Shown here: positions 14,052-25,417 of the stretch, piece by piece
Layout of the letters: each line of letters opens with the position of its first letter
How positions within the stretch are numbered: position 1 is the stretch's first letter
Assembly: GCA_024137785.1 (NCBI GenBank)
Contig: JAHRHZ010000078.1
Coordinates: 15,708,936 to 15,772,935, forward strand
Source: Ginglymostoma cirratum
Lineage: Eukaryota
Direction of reading: 5' to 3'
Length of the DNA stretch: 64,000 bases
Notes under the pieces: model-generated
Told to the model about the DNA's origin: nothing
Databases searched by the model: none
The model's input: the letters and a program-made list of their open reading frames with translations, nothing else
Position numbers and translations under genes: made by a program

Positions 14052-14169
14052 TGTTTCTATACGTATTCAAGAATTATCAAATGAATATAACATAGATGGA
14101 GGCCAATTGTTCATTGTCGATGCTGTATCTCTTTCAAAAAGCAATCCAGATATTCCCACTTACAAATCG
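14052..14169 (+). CDS. Candidate internal exon (118 nt, unidentified)
   Basis: Strong acceptor ctgttcctttctgtctacttgcag and donor TCG|gtaagc. Only one frame is open: VSIRIQELSNEYNIDGGQLFIVDAVSLSKSNPDIPTYKS. Confidence 0.3.
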
Positions 14170-14185
14170 GTAAGCCCCACTACTC

Positions 14186-16036
14186 AGAGATAGTAAGAAC
14201 TGCCGATGCTGGAGTCAGAGATAACACAGTGTGGAGTTGGAGGAACACAGCAGGCCAGGCAGCATCAGAGGAGCAGGAAAGCTGACTTTTCGAGTCAGGA
14301 CCCTTCTTCAGAAATGGAGGATGGGGAAGGAATCTCTGAAATAAATAGAGAGGAGGGGTGGGGCTGGGGAATGTAGGTGGGGTGGTGATAGATGAGTGCA
14401 GGTAGGCAGTGATGGGGATTGGTCAGTGAGGTGGGAGGAGCAGATAGGTGGGAGAAAAGACAGACAGGTTGTGTCAGGTCAAGGAGGTGGGAATGAGAGG
14501 GAGGGTTGGTCAAGGAATGAGGCCGGGGGGTGGGGAGATTTGAAACTAGTAAAGTCCAAGTTGAGACCATTAGGTTCTTCCTACGCTTACTACAGACTAA
14601 GGGGGTGGCCATGGGAACCAGCATGGGCCCAAGCTATGCCTGCCTCTTCATAGGATACGTCCCTCTTCAGCAACTAACTGGCACTATCCCCCATCTCTTC
14701 CTCCGCTACATTGAAGACTGTATCGGTGCTGCCTCGTGCTCCCACGAGGAGTTTGAACAGTTCATCAATTTCACTAACACCTTTCACCCCCACCTCATGT
14801 TCACCTGGACCGTCTCTGATACCTCTCTCTCCTTCCTGGACCCCTCTGTCTCCATCTCTGATGACCACCTCAAAACTGATATCCATTCAAGCCACCGACT
14901 CACACAGCTACCTGGGCTACACCTCCTCTCACCCACCTTCCTGCAAGAATGCGATCCTCTACTCCCAATTCCTCTGCCTCCACCAAATCTGCTCCCGAGA
15001 TGGGGCGTCCACTCCCAAACATCCCAGATGTCCTCTTATTTCAAGGACCACAACTTCCTTCCCTTCAGTGGTCGAAAATGCTCTCGACCGCATCTCTTGC
15101 ATTTCCTGCACCTCTGCCCTCACATCCCCTCCCCGCAACAAAAACAAAGGCAGAATCCCCCTTGTCCTCACGTATCACCCCACTAACCTCTGTATTCAAA
15201 GCGTCATTCTCCGCCACTTCCGTCACCTGCAGTCTGACCCCACAGCCAAGGATATATTTCCCTCCCCATCCCTATCTGCCTTCCGTGGGGACCGCTCTCT
15301 CAGCGACTCCCTCATCAGCTCCACACTCCGCATTAGCCTCACCACGTCTGGCACCTTTCCCAGCAACCGTAGGAAGTGCTACACCTGCCCCTACACCTCC
15401 CCCCTCACCTCCATCCAAGGAACCAAAAAATCTTCCACATCAGACAGATGTTCACCTGCACATCCGTGAATGTGGTTTACTGCATCCTCTGCACCCGATG
15501 TGGCCTCCTCTACATCGGTCAGACCAAGCGGAGGCTTGGAGACCACTTTGTAGAGCACTGCGCTTTGTTAGCGACAAACAACAACACCTTCCAGTCGCGA
15601 GATCCCTCTCCCACTCCCTGGACGACATGTCCATCCTGGACCTCCTCCAGTGTCACAATGACACCACCCGGAAACTGGAGGAACAGCACCTCATATTCAG
15701 CCTTGGGAGCCTAGAACCCAATGGTCTCAATATGGACTTTACCAGTTTCAAAATCTCCCCACTCCTGGCCTCATCGCATGACCAACCCTCCCTCTCATCC
15801 CCGCTTCCTTGACCTGACACAACCTGTCCGTCTTCTCTCCCGCCTATCCGCTCCTCCCATCTCACTGACCAATCCCCACCACGCGCTACCTGCACTCACC
15901 TATCACTATCCTACCTACCTTCCCCAGCCCCACCCCTCCTCCCTCTATTTATTTCAGAGATACCTTCCTCCTCCCCCATTTCTGAAGAAAGATCCCGACT
16001 AGAAATGTCAGCTTTCCTCCTCCTCTGATGCTGCCT
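14186..16036 (+). mobile_element. Penelope-like retroelement (RT + GIY-YIG), 5'-truncated, with inverted copy of its 3' end at 14186-14575
   Basis: RT motifs QTKGVAMGTSMGPSYACLF and LRYIEDC; Cys linker and GIY-YIG NVVYCILCTRCGLLYIGQTKRRLGDHFVEH. Exact 12-bp TSD gccccactactc (14174-14185 / 16037-16048). Confidence 0.95.
14576..15790 (+). pseudogene. Frameshifted PLE reverse transcriptase/GIY-YIG endonuclease ORF
   Basis: Consecutive pieces lie in ORFs 14530..15186, 14711..15469, 15376..15714 and 14949..15812; the catalytic YIDD reads YIED. Confidence 0.9.
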
Positions 16037-16239
16037 GCCCCACTACTCTGTTCTTTCTGAATTGACTTGCAATATTTTGTTCTTCAAATATTTATCTCTT
16101 TCTCCAGTAAATGTTGTTACTTAATCCTTCCACCATCCTATCACACAGCAGGTTCCCATCACCAACCACTCATCATGTAAAGTATTTCTTCACCAATATT
16201 CAACATAGTGCTCACTCGTACTCTTATTCATAATATTTG

Positions 16240-16480
16240 CCCTTATAAGAGTGAGATGAGGAGTTTATTTTTCACAGAGTTTTGAGTCTTTGAAATTCTG
16301 TTCCACAAAAGGTAGTGGAAACAGAGTCCAATCATTTTTAAGGCAGAGATAGATAGATGCTTCATAAGCAAGGTCATCAAATATATGTGGGAATGTGGAA
16401 AAGTCAGATCAGCAATGATCTTATTGAATAGTGGAGTTGGCTCGAGGGACTAAATGGGTTACTCTTCTTCCTAGGCCATA
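16240..16480 (+). mobile_element. CR1 LINE 3' end fragment
   Basis: gagatgaggagtttatttttcacagag...gggactaaatgggttactcttc CR1 terminal pattern. Confidence 0.7.
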
Positions 16481-17374
16481 CGTTTGGACGTACATACCTC
16501 CAGTGACTAAAGGTAGAACATAGTGGATGAAATTAGTCCAGTCAGATTCTCATACTTTGAATAGAGCTCCATACATACATACACAGTTGTTAACATCAAG
16601 AGGCTAGACCACATAGCCAATAACTCCTGCTAACAAGAACAATTCTTGCACTAATTTCAAAGGAATCACACAATCTATGTTCTCATTCCTATTCTACAAC
16701 ATCTCACTTCTTCTTTTAGCTGTCTCTGTTGAGTCATCCCCATTTTTTTTCTTGACGCTGTATAATCCTCCTTCCTCTGTACATTTTTATTGAGACAAGG
16801 TTCATAGGAGTCTTCCCCAGGATCTCAAACATTTTTCAATTTAAAAAAAAATTGCACAGATACTCACCAGGTGGATTGCTTGGGAAGTGGGCATCACTGG
16901 CTGGACCAGCACTGACAGCCCATCCCCAGTTGCCCTTGAGAAGATGGTAGTGAGCTGCCTTCTTGAAAGGCTGCAGTCTATGTAGACCCACAATGCTGTT
17001 AGAGAGGGAAACATTGCATTATAACCTCCACTATACAGCAAGGCCTGGACAAGGCTTGGGTTGACAAGTGGCAAGTAACATTTGCAACACATAAATGACC
17101 ATCTCCACAAAAAAAACTAACCAATATCCCTTGATATTCAATAGCATTACAATAACTGAATGCCCTACTACTAAGCTTGGGTGTTAGCATTGATCAGAAA
17201 CTGAACTGAACTAGCTATATTAATATTGTGTTTACAAATACAGGTCAGAGGTTAGGATTTAGGCAACAAGGAACTCACCTCCTGCTTCGCCAATGCTTGC
17301 CCATTATCTGCAAAGTGTTCGTCAGGAGTGTGATTAAATGCTCTCCGCTCGCCTGTCTGGGTGCACTTTCAACA

Positions 17375-17612
17375 TCCGTCTCAAACAAAAACAGAAATTG
17401 CTGGAAAAATGCAACAGATTTGTGGAGAGAAAGCAATTAATGTTTTGAGTCCAATGACCTTTCTTTAGAATGGTTCTGATGAAGGGTCACTGGACCTGAA
17501 GCATTAATTCTGCTTTCTCTCCATGGATATTGCTAGACCTGTAAAGTTTTTCCAGCAATTTCTGTTTTGTTTATGATTTTCAGCATCTGCTGATCTTTGG
17601 ATTTTTTCTTTG
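17375..17612. mobile_element. Fold-back pLTR mini-element with hammerhead-like core
   Basis: aaacaaaaacagaaattgctggaaaaa...gtccaatgacct is inverted to ctgatgaagggtcactggacctgaag...tttttccagcaatttctgttttgttt. Flanks tttcaaca / ttccaaca. Confidence 0.8.
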
Positions 17613-17931
17613 TTCCAACAACATTCAAGAAGCATGAGACTATCCAGGACAAAGCAGTGAGCTTGACTGAGCCACATCCCCAAACACCCACTCCCTCCAC
17701 CACCATGCACATTAGCAGCAGTATGTACCATCGACAAGATAAACAGCAGAAATTCTCCTTAGGCAGCACCTGCTGAGCACACAACCTCATCCATATGAAG
17801 GACAAGGGTAGCAGATACACAGGAACACCACCCTCAAAGCCACTCATTATCCTAACCTGAAAATGTACCACCTTCAGTATTGTTAGGTTAAGATCCTGGA
17901 ACACCCTCTCTCTTAACTCCCGGACTCCCGG

Positions 17932-18366
17932 ATGGTATGTTGCCTCCCAGGTGCTCGGGTCAGGGATGTCACCGATCGGCTACAGAGCATTCTGAAAAGG
18001 GAGGGTGAACAGCCAGTTGTTGTGGTGCATATAGGCACCAATGATATAGGTAAAAAACGAGATGAGGTCCTGAAAGCAGAATTCAGGGAGCTAGGAGAGA
18101 AGTTAAAGTGGAGGACCTCAAAGGTAGTGATCTCAGGGTTGCTACCAGTGCCACGTGCTAGCCAGGGTAGAAATGAAAGAATAGGCAGGATGAACACGTG
18201 GCTTGAGGGATGGTGTAGGAGGGAGGGGTTCAGATTTGTGGGACACTGGGACCGGTTCTGGGGAAGGTGGGACTATTACAAATTGGATGGTCTACACTTG
18301 AACCAGACTGGAACTAGTGTCCTAGGGGGAGTTTTTGCTAGGGCTGTTGGGGAGGGTTTAAACTAA
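17932..18366 (+). CDS. CR1 ORF1 C-terminal SGNH esterase-like domain
   Basis: PGARVRDV, VHIGTNDIG and DGLHLNQTG motifs (GxND and DxxH blocks). Confidence 0.9.
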   Translation: MVCCLPGARVRDVTDRLQSILKREGEQPVVVVHIGTNDIGKKRDEVLKAEFRELGEKLKWRTSKVVISGLLPVPRASQGRNERIGRMNTWLEGWCRREGFRFVGHWDRFWGRWDYYKLDGLHLNQTGTSVLGGVFARAVGEGLN

Positions 18367-18448
18367 TGTGGCAGGGGTCTGGGAACCAGAGGAGAAGACT
18401 AGTAGACAGTGAGGTGGAAACTAGAGACTAAGGAAGTCCACATTTGAT

Positions 18449-20361
18449 ATGTGGGAGGCTTTCAAAGATAAGTTGAAGATAGTGCAGGATAGGCATGTCC
18501 CTTTGAAAACAAGGGATAGGAAAGGAAAGATTCGTGAACCGTGGATGACAGGAGAAATCGTGCGACTAGCCAAGAGGAAAAGGGAAAGGTACATAAGGTC
18601 CAGGCAGCTAAGAACAGAACGGTCCTTGGAGGAATATCGGGAGAGTAGGACCAATCTTAAACGAGGAATCAAGCGGGCTAAAAGGGGTCATGAAATAACT
18701 TTAGCGAACAGAATTAAGGAGAATCCCAAGGCCTTTTATTCATATATAAGAAGCAGGAGGGTAACTAGAGAAAGGATTGGTCTACTAAAGGATAAGGAAG
18801 GAAGGTTTTGTGTCAAACCTGAGAAAATGGGTGAGATTCTCAATGATTACTTTGCATCAGTGTTCACTGAGGAGAGGGACATGATGAATGTTGAGATTAG
18901 AGATAGAAGTTTGTTTACTCTGGATCACGTCGACATAAGGAGGGAAGATGTGTTGGTTAGGCTAAAGCATATTAAGGTGGACAAATCCCCAGGACCGGAT
19001 GGGATCTATCCCAGGATGCTGAGGGAGGCGAGAGAGGAAATAGCTGGGGCCCTGACAGATATCTTTGTAGCATCCTTAAACACAGGTGAAGTGCTGGAGG
19101 ACTGGAGAGTTGCTAATGTTGTCCCCCTGTACAAGAAGGGTAGTAGGGATATTCCAGGTAACTACAGACCAGTAAGCCTGACGTCAGTGGTGGGAAAGTT
19201 GCTGGAGAAGGTACTGAGGGATAGAATCTATTTATATTTGGAAAAGAATGGGCTTATCAGTGATAGGCAACATGGTTTTGTGCAGGGGAGATCATGCCTT
19301 ACTAACTTAATAGAGTTCTTTGAGGAAGTGACCAAGTTGATAGATGAAGGAAGGGCTGTAGATGTCATCTACATGGACTTTAGTAAGGCGTTTGATAAGG
19401 TTCCCCATCATAAACTAATGGAGAAAGTAAAGTCACATGGTGTGCAGGGTGTTCTAGCTAGGTGGATAAAGAACTGGTTGAGCAACAGGAGACAGAGAGT
19501 AGTAGTTGAAGGGAGTTTCTCGAAATGGAGAAAGGTGACCAGTGGTGTTCCACAGGGATCAGTGCTGGGGCCACTGTCGTTTGTGATATACATAAATGAT
19601 CTGGAAGAGCGCATAAGTGGTCTGATCAGTAAGTTTGCAGATGACACGAAGATTGGGGGAGTAGCAGAAAGCATAGGGGATTGTCAAAGAATACAGGAGA
19701 ATATAGATAGACTGGAGAGTTGGGCGGAGAAGTGGCAGATGGAGTTCAATCCAGGCAAGTGTGAGGTGATGCATTTTGGGAGGTCTAATTCTAGAGCAAA
19801 CTATACTGTAAACGGAAGAGCCTTGGGAAAAGTTGATGAGCAGAGAGAGATCTGGGAGTTCAGGTCCATTGTATCCTGAAGGTGGCTGCACAGGTGTATA
19901 GAGTGGTCAAGAAGGCATATGGTATGCTTGCTTTCATCGGACGGGGTATTGAGTATAAGAGCTGGCAGGTCATGTTAAAATTGTACAAGACTTTGGTTCG
20001 GCCGCATTTAGAATACTGTGTACAGTTCTGGTCGCCACATTACCAAAAGGATGTGGAAGCTTTGGAGAGGGTACAGAGAAGGTTTATGAGGATGTTGCCT
20101 GGTATGGAAGGTGCTAGCTATGAAGAGAGGTTGAGTAGGTTAGGATTGTTTTCATTAGAAAAAAGGAGATTGAGGGGGGACCTGATTGAGGTCTTCAAAA
20201 TCATGAAGGGTATAGACAGGGTTGATAGAGATAAGCTTTTTCTCAGGGTGAGGGATTCAATAACGAGGGGTCACACGTTCAAGGTGAGAGGAGAAAAGTT
20301 TAAGGGGGATACACGCAGAAAGTACTTTACACAGAGGGTGGTAGGTGCCTGGAACACGTAG
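18449..20361 (+). pseudogene. CR1 ORF2 reverse transcriptase (476-aa open stretch, then frameshift near 19845 and premature stop at 20359-20361)
   Basis: KSPGPDG, NYRPVSLTS, QHGF, DFSKAFDKV, GVPQGSVLGP and KFADD motifs. Extra AG unit in cagagagagatctg. TAG where the 56157 copy has TTG. Confidence 0.95.
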
Positions 20362-20744
20362 CCAGCAGAGGTAGTAGAGGCAGGCACGGTAGATTCATTT
20401 AAGGAGCGTCTGGACAGATGCATGAGTAGGTGGGGAGCAGAGGGATACAGATCCTTAGGAATTGGGCGATAGGTTTAGACAGTGGATTTGGATCGGCACA
20501 GGCTTGGAGGGCCGAAGGGCCTGTTCCTGGGCTGTAAGTTTTCTTTGTTCTTTGTTCTTTGTTTAACAGCACTCTGAATGTACCTACACTAAATGGACAG
20601 CAGTAGTTCAAAAAGGCAGCTCATCACTATCTTCTCAAGGGAGGGATGGACAATAAATGTGGCCCACCCAGTGAAAACTATATCTCAAGAAAGAGTTTTA
20701 AAAATCTATGATAGCTTTTGACTGTATTGACATTTTTGGAAACA

Positions 20745-21781
20745 TGGGGCTGTGGTTTAACAGAAATTGCTTAAGGGACAATTTTGAAGATTTTCATGGA
20801 ATGTTTTTGTCAGTGAGGCCTAGTGATTGTTCTCATGTTGTTTTCCAAAATCTCACTTCATCACCCATGTCCCATGCTGCTATGGCATCCTCTCCGTCGC
20901 ATCTTCACTCTTGCCACAGGACCTTTCGGGATCCCCAGCACCAGCACATATTCAAAACTAAGTCAAGCACTGTCAATATGGGTTCCCCTGTGAATTTTCC
21001 CCAACATGGCATACTGAGAAAAATTGCCACCATGCTTTGCCAACTGGAACCTGAAGGTCCTGATGGATAAGGTGCTGTACAGGAAGGCCATCCCCTTCCA
21101 GGAAAAGCAGCAAAGGAGGCCGTGCCACCAGACCCTTCCAAGGTTGCCACCCATGTCACTGCCAATGGTCAATGACGTTCTTTGCTCTGTGCAGGGAAAT
21201 GCCACTATCTCTGCTACATCGCAATCATACGGTCTCCCTCTAAGACACCTCCCTCTAAAGCTCATTCTCTACCACTCTCACTATTGAATGTGTCAGTGCT
21301 GACAGACTGTGTTCAAGCTCCTGCACTGGCATCGGAGGCTGCCTTTGATGTACTACGCTGGGAGTCCTTGACTGAAGGGTGTTTCCTTAACTTGACTGAG
21401 GACTATGCCCTTTTCACTTTGAGACATGGCTGTTTGCTCGATGCACATGTAACCTGTTTGCTGCAGAAACTATTGGCAAATTATTGTTCTGATTTTCATG
21501 TCGGGAATTGTCAGCATCTAGTTTTTATCCAGCAAGAGAGTGAACGGGAAATTGCATATAAATAAGACAATATTAGGTATTTATGACATGTTAATTCATG
21601 CAAATGGATGCAAATAGACCTTTTGCCACTGATGATAGAGATTCTCGTCTCGCAGTACGCTTGACTTGAGAATGGGACTTTTGCCTTCAACATTGAGAAT
21701 CTCATTACTGCCAGTCTCACCTGATTTTTCCAACTGACGCACCAATGCCCATGTTATTCAGGAGCTGGGAAGAGTCTGCCC
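20745..21781 (+). mobile_element. Decayed Harbinger-like element with Myb/SANT-like remnant
   Basis: PCFANWNLKVLMDKVLYRKAI...RRP resembles the N-terminus of Harbinger-associated Myb/SANT proteins. Ends ...gaagagtctgccc. Confidence 0.5.
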
Positions 21782-21809
21782 ATGACTCTTTATTCTAACA
21801 TAATACTGT

Positions 21810-22370
21810 AGCTACATGAGGCTAGGATGCCTGCAGCCGGTAACTCTGAATCCCAATGCCTGTCTACCATCTACAAGTTAGTCGTGTGACGGAATATTCT
21901 CCACTTGACCTGCATCAGTACATGTCTAACAACACTCAAGAAATTTTAAACTATCTAGGACAAAGCAACCCACTGGCATGACACCTCATACAGAACTTTC
22001 AATACTCACCGTCTTCTCATCCAACACACATTGGCAGCATTGTCTACTACCTACAAGATGTCCAGCAGCAACTCACCAAAGCTCCTCTGTCAGTATCTTG
22101 CAAGCCTACAAACTTTTCCTTCTAGAAGGACAGGGCAGAAGCTACATGGGAACACCACCACCTCCTCCGCCACACTCCATCCTGACTTGGAACTATCTTG
22201 TCATCCCTTCACTGTTGCGGGATCGAAATAGCACTATGGGTGTCTTGACACCCCAAGGACCTCAGCGTATTAAGAAGGCAGTTTACCAACACCTTCTCCA
22301 GTACAATTAGAGATGGGCAATAAATGCTGACCTAGCTAATGTTCACATCCCATGAACAAATAAAATAAAA
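21810..22370 (+). mobile_element. CR1-clade family B 3' fragment
   Basis: Same tail ...gatgggcaataaatgctgacc...cacatcccatgaacaaataaaa. Confidence 0.85.
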
Positions 22371-22489
22371 CAGCATAGGTAGCAGCTTCAAATTGAAACA
22401 TCATTGTGCTAATTTCTGAATTGACCTCAAGCTAGCTCCCCCCTTGCTGGATAATGAGATAATCATTGCTTCTCCTGTCAAAAGAATTG

Positions 22490-23030
22490 CAGAATTGTTA
22501 CAGTACAGAGGAGGCTATTCGACCTGTCATGTCTGCACTGGCTCTCCATATGAGCAATACAACTAATACTATTTCACCATGTTTTTCCTGTAAACATACC
22601 CATTCTTTCTTCAGGAGTATTAAGCTAATTCTAATTCACCCTCAGGCAGCACATTCCAGATCCTAAGCACTCACTGTGTAAAAAGTTTCTTTCCTGTCTC
22701 CCTTGCTTCCTCAAGAAGCAAGGGAGACACGATACCTTCGATCTGTGACCTCTTGTTCTTAATATTCATCAGTATCTTCATGGTCACTCCGTCCTGACTC
22801 CTCATGATTATGAATGCCTCTGCCAAATCTCCAGTCAATTTTCTTTCGAAATGCTCCCAACTTCTCTAATTTATCTAGGTAATTGAGATTCTTCATTATT
22901 AGAAAGATTTTTGTTAATCTTTTATGCATTCCCTCTTATGATGCTGCCCGCTCTCTGCCAAAACTCGAGTTTGGAATTATATTTTAACGCTATAATTTAT
23001 TCTTAGAAGTAGTTCTTGCTACTATGTTCA
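22490..23030 (-). mobile_element. Old CR1 3' fragment
   Basis: Reverse-complement CR1 tail (acagaggaggctattcgacctgtcatgtctgcactggc). Confidence 0.6.
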
Positions 23031-23179
23031 TAAATCTAACACAGTCTCTAGGTTAGAAAGGCATTGATGAAGCATACAGCAGTCACTCTTTTGGTGCCCC
23101 AAAGAATTCTTACTTGCAACCTACTCCAAGCTATCAATTGCCTAAAACAGAAGAAGGCAAGATAATGGACTTGGAATAT

Positions 23180-23660
23180 ATCATAAGGCTCTTTGAACCT
23201 TCTCCACCATTTAATATTATCATGATTGATCTTGGCCTTCAACATCACTTTCATGCCCACTTCCTAAATCCACTGATTCCCTCAGAGACCAGAAGTCTGA
23301 CTATCTCAGCCTTAAATATATTCAATGATGGAACATTCACAACAGAGTAGGCTCAAGAGTTCCATAGGTTCACAACCCTTTGAATAAAGTAATATTTCTA
23401 CCTTTAAGCACTAAACCGTTAGCCCCTTATTCTAAAACTGTACCCCTGTGTTTTAAATTCCCTAACCAACCGATACAATTTCTCACCGTCTACCCAATCG
23501 AGGCCCTTGTAATCTCGGTGAGATCACCTCTCATTCTTTGAAAGTCCAAAGAATAAAGGTTCTGTTTACTCAGCCTTTCATCATTGGACAAGCCCCTCAT
23601 CACAGGGACTAATTTAGTCCGCCTTAGCTGTGGTGCCTCCAATATAAATATATCCTTTTG
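23180..23660 (-). mobile_element. CR1 3' fragment
   Basis: ORF 23490..23714 tail RRTKLVPVMRGLSNDERLSKQNLYSLDFQRMRGDL is the CR1 ORF2 C-terminus. Confidence 0.85.
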
Positions 23661-25417
23661 TAAATGGTACCATTTCATCATAATTAGCCAAGAATCTATA
23701 ACAAGGGGAAACATGCTGTGTTTTATTAAATTGTTAATAAATCATCACATCCAATTGAAAATACTTGCAGTATTTTACCCAAACACTTTACAAGTGTAGC
23801 AAAATCAACAGTCAATTAAACAAAGCTTCTTTTGATTACCAGTAACGAATCAAGCAACTTAGTAATTAAATATAGTTGTCATTCATTAGCAGGTGAAAAA
23901 TGAAGTAGATTTTAGTCATATGATTTGCATCAATTCACATCATATTGCACAAAGCTTACACAAATTAATCCATAAAGCAAGCATGCACTTTTTAAAAATA
24001 AGTATTGCCATCGGAAGCTCTGTGGAGCAGCAGGTATTTACTTCATCATACATGAGTAACTCGAGTCTGAAGATGCCAGCATCTGCTTTTATGAGATAGA
24101 TAATGGATGGTCCCTGAGTTTGGGAATCACTATAAAACAGATGAGATATAAAATATTCTGCATAACTCTTCTTCATCACCTAAACTCACAGACTGTTAAT
24201 TAATTTTTTGCACTGATACAATTTGCCAGTTTTATGCTAGGCAGCTCTTATTCTTTGTCATCTTGGCATCTAACAGCAAATGAAATATAACCATTAGAGC
24301 AGCACCAGAAGCAACGAAGATAAATAATGAAGTAAAAACTGATCACGGTCATCTGTCATAAAATTTAATTAACGCTGACATTGCTATATGACATGACCAA
24401 TGGATAATCACTGATACATTCCCTGGCCTTATGTCTCTGTATTTGAACAACACATAAATGAACAAAGTAAGAAGTTGGATCGTGGAAGGCCTTTTTTTCC
24501 ACTAAAGCACCGAATAGAGACATGTCCAGGAATATACATTTCAAAACACAAGGCCTTAGCTGCTGACAAGCTGCTTTGAGGATGTCTGTGTTCTTTCCAC
24601 ACCAGACAGTAAAGCTAGCTACATTGCTCATTTGTTGTGCCACTCATGTTCCTGTACTTCCAGCCTTGCTGAACCTTATTATTAAAAATAATGAAAGTTA
24701 TTAAAAGTAAATGTGAGCATCATCCAGGGAATAATAAGTAGCCAATACAAGGGAAGGGAAAGACATATTGAGACTATCTTTTCTTCCTGTTAATGTCTTA
24801 TTATCGTCAGTGTAAACACACAGAAATAGATATGCTGGTTTGTGACACCAGTTATTCATTTACTTGTGCATGCTGTGCTTTTATGACAGTTGGACATACA
24901 GGAATAAATATAGAAGTGAAGCATTATTTTGTTAATTCCATTGGAAAGTACTGTCTAGAGAAAATGAACATTCTGCTTTGCTCAGCCATACCTTAATGCC
25001 AAAATTTTGTTTATTGATGCAGCCAATTACTTGAACCCTGAATTATAGGATAATATTTCTGGCATTGTTCTGTATTGTGTGCATCAAGAAGCACCCCAAG
25101 TTTGGTCACCTTTCAGTTTTGACTCTGGCAATTCCATCAATCCGTCTTGCACGGTAAATTTTCAGTTCAGCATAATGGTACCTGCACTGTCACTTAAGGT
25201 AGAAGCGATGGATGAAAAGATGTATTTCAATGCTGTGAAAGCATGGCTACAGGACCGATCAGCTTGAGGAGCTGGATGATACAGCAGTGCAGGAGCTTTG
25301 TCATGTGGAAGAGGCATTTCGAAAGACGAATGCTTATGATCAATCTATGATCTCTTTGTGTTATGATTATATTTATCTGGATAACAGACTGTTCCTTTGA
25401 ACTGGATATCAGTTTTC

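Larger units (their letters stand above)
17918..20562 (+). mobile_element. Young CR1 LINE, 5'-truncated in ORF1, APE endonuclease region missing
   Basis: ORF1 esterase, RT ORF, 3' UTR and (TTCTTTG)n tail. TSD ttaac (17913-17917 / 20563-20567). Confidence 0.95.
16870..20700 (+). mobile_element. Nested cluster: family B LINE (17030-17917, resuming 20563-20700; opposite-strand tail at 16870-17010) hosting two younger insertions
   Basis: Host reads ...ggaacaccctctctcttaac | agcactctgaatgtacctacac...aaggcagctcatcac when the CR1 is removed. Confidence 0.85.

Noticed and set aside
14295-14653. Several overlapping ORFs (also 15653-16002, 36115-36634, 37207-37941)
   Set aside because: Alternate or antisense frames of PLE sequence and its purine/pyrimidine-biased UTR, not genes.
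23940-25267. Short exon-like ORFs on both strands
   Set aside because: Weak splice sites, no recognisable homology.
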